The notes beneath the pieces are model-generated. The model searched no databases. It had not been told where the DNA came from and worked only from the letters and a program-made list of their open reading frames with translations. This document shows positions 61,335 through 64,000 of a stretch of 64,000 nucleotides of DNA, one piece after another. Each line of letters opens with the position of its first letter. Within the stretch, counting starts at the first letter, position 1. Position numbers and translations under genes: made by a program. The stretch comes from Basidiobolus meristosporus CBS 931.73 (Eukaryota > Fungi > Basidiobolomycota), in assembly GCA_002104905.1 (NCBI GenBank), contig MCFE01000291.1:38457-102456 (forward strand), read 5' to 3'.

Positions 61335-64000
61335 TGTTGTAAAAATTTGGAACTCCACCTAAATATTCACCTAACTTAGTCACTTAGATCATCACCTTCA
61401 AATCCTAGAGAATACTGACCAAACTCCTTGTTGGGATTTACTTAGAATATTCTCACCAAAATACCAGGTACCCAGAACATGAAAATTCTCAAAGTTGTCC
61501 AAACAGCCCCAAACTTTGCACACATGTTCTTGGGACCTTCCTTAACCTATCCTACGTGTTTATAATGCCAAGACCAGGTAAAAGCATAAATACTACTTTT
61601 ACATTCAATAAATCATTAAGTGAAAACCACGTAATCTACTTGTTCTCCAAATCACTTCCAATATCTCCAAGACTCTTACAACAGGTTATGAGCCCCAAGC
61701 TGTCACTCTCTGTAATGTCTACTACTGCTATTACTGGAATATTTCCCTCTGCTGAAAAGTTGGATGGATCTATCTACCAAGTGTGGAAGGTGAAGATGAA
61801 GATGCTGCTACAAGAAAGAGGCCTTTGGGATACTGTCATGGGAGAAGAATGCCCTCCTAAAAGCGTGGGAGAGGAAGCCTTGAAGTACCAGAACAAAGAA
61901 CAAAGTGCCTTTAACTGCATTTGGCTTAATGTCAAGGACAAATTGCTAATTCAATGCTCAAGAGCAAAAATGGCAAAGAATGCCTGGAAAGCATTAGAGG
62001 ACACCTACCAGTCATGTTCAGCTGCTAAGAAGATGTATCTGAGACAAAATTTCTTTACTACAAAGATGCTGCCAGGAGAAGAAATGAAAAATCTAATTAA
62101 CAGAATTACCCTGCTGGTAGATGAGATGGAATCTGTGGGTGTACCAACCACTGATGAGGATGTGATAGTTACCATCCTGAATAGCCTGACAGACAAGTTT
62201 CAGGGCCTTGTATCAGCCCTAGAATCCAGAACTGAAGATTTGACCTTAAATTACGTATATGGAAGGCTCCTGGATGAAGAATTAAGAAAATCAAGCGCCA
62301 AAAAGAAGGAAGAAGAAAATGCTTTAATAAGCAATGATAACCAACAAAGGAGGTACCCAAGACCCTACAAAGGCAACAGCAACCTGTTTTGTAACTACTG
62401 CAAAAGGAAAGGACACACATCAGAGCGGTGTCTCAAAAAGAAAGATAATCAGCAAAAGAAGCCTGAATATGTAAATGCTGCAACAACTGAAGATAGACTA
62501 TTCATATCTGCACTAAGTATGACCACAAACAAGGACTCTCAGATGTGGTATATTGACTCTGGAGCATCTCAACTCTTTACACACCAAAAAGAACTTTTTA
62601 CCAAATATCAAGAAATTCCAATTAATAAGGTTTTCATGGGTGATGATAGAACACTTGATGCAGTGGGAGAAGGAACTATCCAAGTAAACCTTAGAAGCAG
62701 TGAAGGAAGCCATACACTGACCTTTAAGGAAGTACTCTATGTACCAGAAATAGCCAAGAACCTACTCTCTGTAAGTAAGGCCACAGCAAAAGGACTCAGT
62801 TTCAGTGTTGACAATTCTGGATGCAGGATCACTGATCAAAATGGTGCCCATATGGCTTTGGGCATCAGAGATCAAAATCTATACAAGTTGACTTATATTC
62901 CATCATATTTGGAAGCCAATATAAGTAACTTAAATGAAGAAACACCAATGCTTTGGCACAGGAGATTTGGGCACATCAATTTTGATTATTTGCGTAAAAT
63001 GATCAAAGATCAGCTAATTTCTGGAGTGAAAATTGATCCCCCAGCTAATTTGGAGCACTGTGAAGCCTGCATATATGGGAAACAAGCCAGACAATCGTTC
63101 AAGAGCTCTGGGTTGATCAAAACTAAGAGAAAATTAGATCTAATTCACTCAGATCTGTGTGGACCTTTGCAAAATTTATCCTTAGGCGGAATGAAGTATT
63201 TAATCACTTTGATTGATGATTATACAAGATACACATGGGTCTACTTCATGGAGAGAAAGGAAGAAGCTCTGTCTAAGTTCAGGGAGTTTAAAGCCATGGG
63301 GGAGAGAGAAACTGGTGAAAAAATCAAGAAAATACGCTCTGACAATGGTGGAGAATATACCTCAAAACTCTTCATCCACTTCTGCAAAATTCATGGGATA
63401 AAGCAAGAGACTACTGTACCATACTCCCCACAGCAAAATGGAGTAGCAGAACATGCTAACAGATCAATAATTGGTATGGCAAGATCTATGATCCATGATC
63501 AAAAATTATCCTATGATTTTTGGGCGGAATCAGTTGCCACTGCTGTATACCTTAAAAATAGGAGTTATAACAGAATACTTCGTGATTCTACTCCATTTGA
63601 AGCATGGTATGGATACAGACCAAATGCAGAACATCTAAGAATATTTGGGTGTAGAGCATATGCCAAAAAACTGGCAGGAAATCAGTCAAAATTTGAGCCA
63701 AAAAGTGTAAAATGTGTATTTTTGGGCTACTGCAATGAGAGTAAGGCATACAGACTCTACAATACCAAAGCAAAGAAGATTATCAAGGCCAGGGATGTGT
63801 TGTTTGATGAAAATTCAAAATTTTCACAAAAAATGACATCAGATGATGCCAAAAATTTGATCTCAAGTCCACCAATTGTCAGGATTGAATCAGAGCAAAA
63901 CAATGAAAATTTTTTTCACTCCAGAGGACTCTACAACCGTGGTTCAGCCAGATTCAGTGCCCAGGAATATCCTAGAAGTGATTATTCTAGTATCAAATGC
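61335..64000 (+). mobile_element. Copia copy 3 (5' LTR 61335-61683, PBS 61684-61695, gag-pol from 61688, open to the right edge)
   Basis: 349 bp LTR and perfect PBS. Gag knuckle, WYIDSGAS, HSDL and RSDNGGEY are intact. 2313 nt is 771 codons, and the ORF track lists no stop-terminated ORF in this frame. Confidence 0.95.

Overview
Eukaryotic DNA, most likely an early-diverging (non-Dikarya) fungus. This is inferred from short 55-70 bp introns, a Zn2Cys6 transcription factor, a CPS1-like synthase and an animal-like MCU and MED28. An island of 19 protein-coding genes (about 6.4-55.4 kb) lies between two clusters of one Ty1/copia LTR retrotransposon family. The left cluster holds a minus-strand element whose ORF is open to the window edge, plus several LTR remnants. 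The right cluster is a five-layer nested stack with alternating orientation. Island genes in order: MED28-like, LIS1/NudF, AMSH, SAPS-domain PP6/Sit4 regulator, LysM protein, DNAJC3/P58IPK, F-box/LRR, MCU, QRI7, SGNH-fold protein lacking the catalytic Ser, processive GT2, dynamitin, RDS2/AcuM-like TF, DUF1279/FAM210, OSH6/7-like, ADAM protease, PMC1, MBF1 and a sulfotransferase-family protein. Most interesting: (1) the copia family has a Ty5-type half-tRNA PBS and an LxSSxP motif in the integrase tail, and it inserted twice at the same 5 bp of its own LTR; (2) an exact metazoan-type ERSE (CCAAT-N9-CCACG) plus a Hac1-type site lie upstream of DNAJC3; (3) the SGNH pseudoenzyme sits directly upstream of the GT2 synthase. 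Exon boundaries were read by eye and no database searches were run. No tRNA, rRNA or CRISPR array was found.
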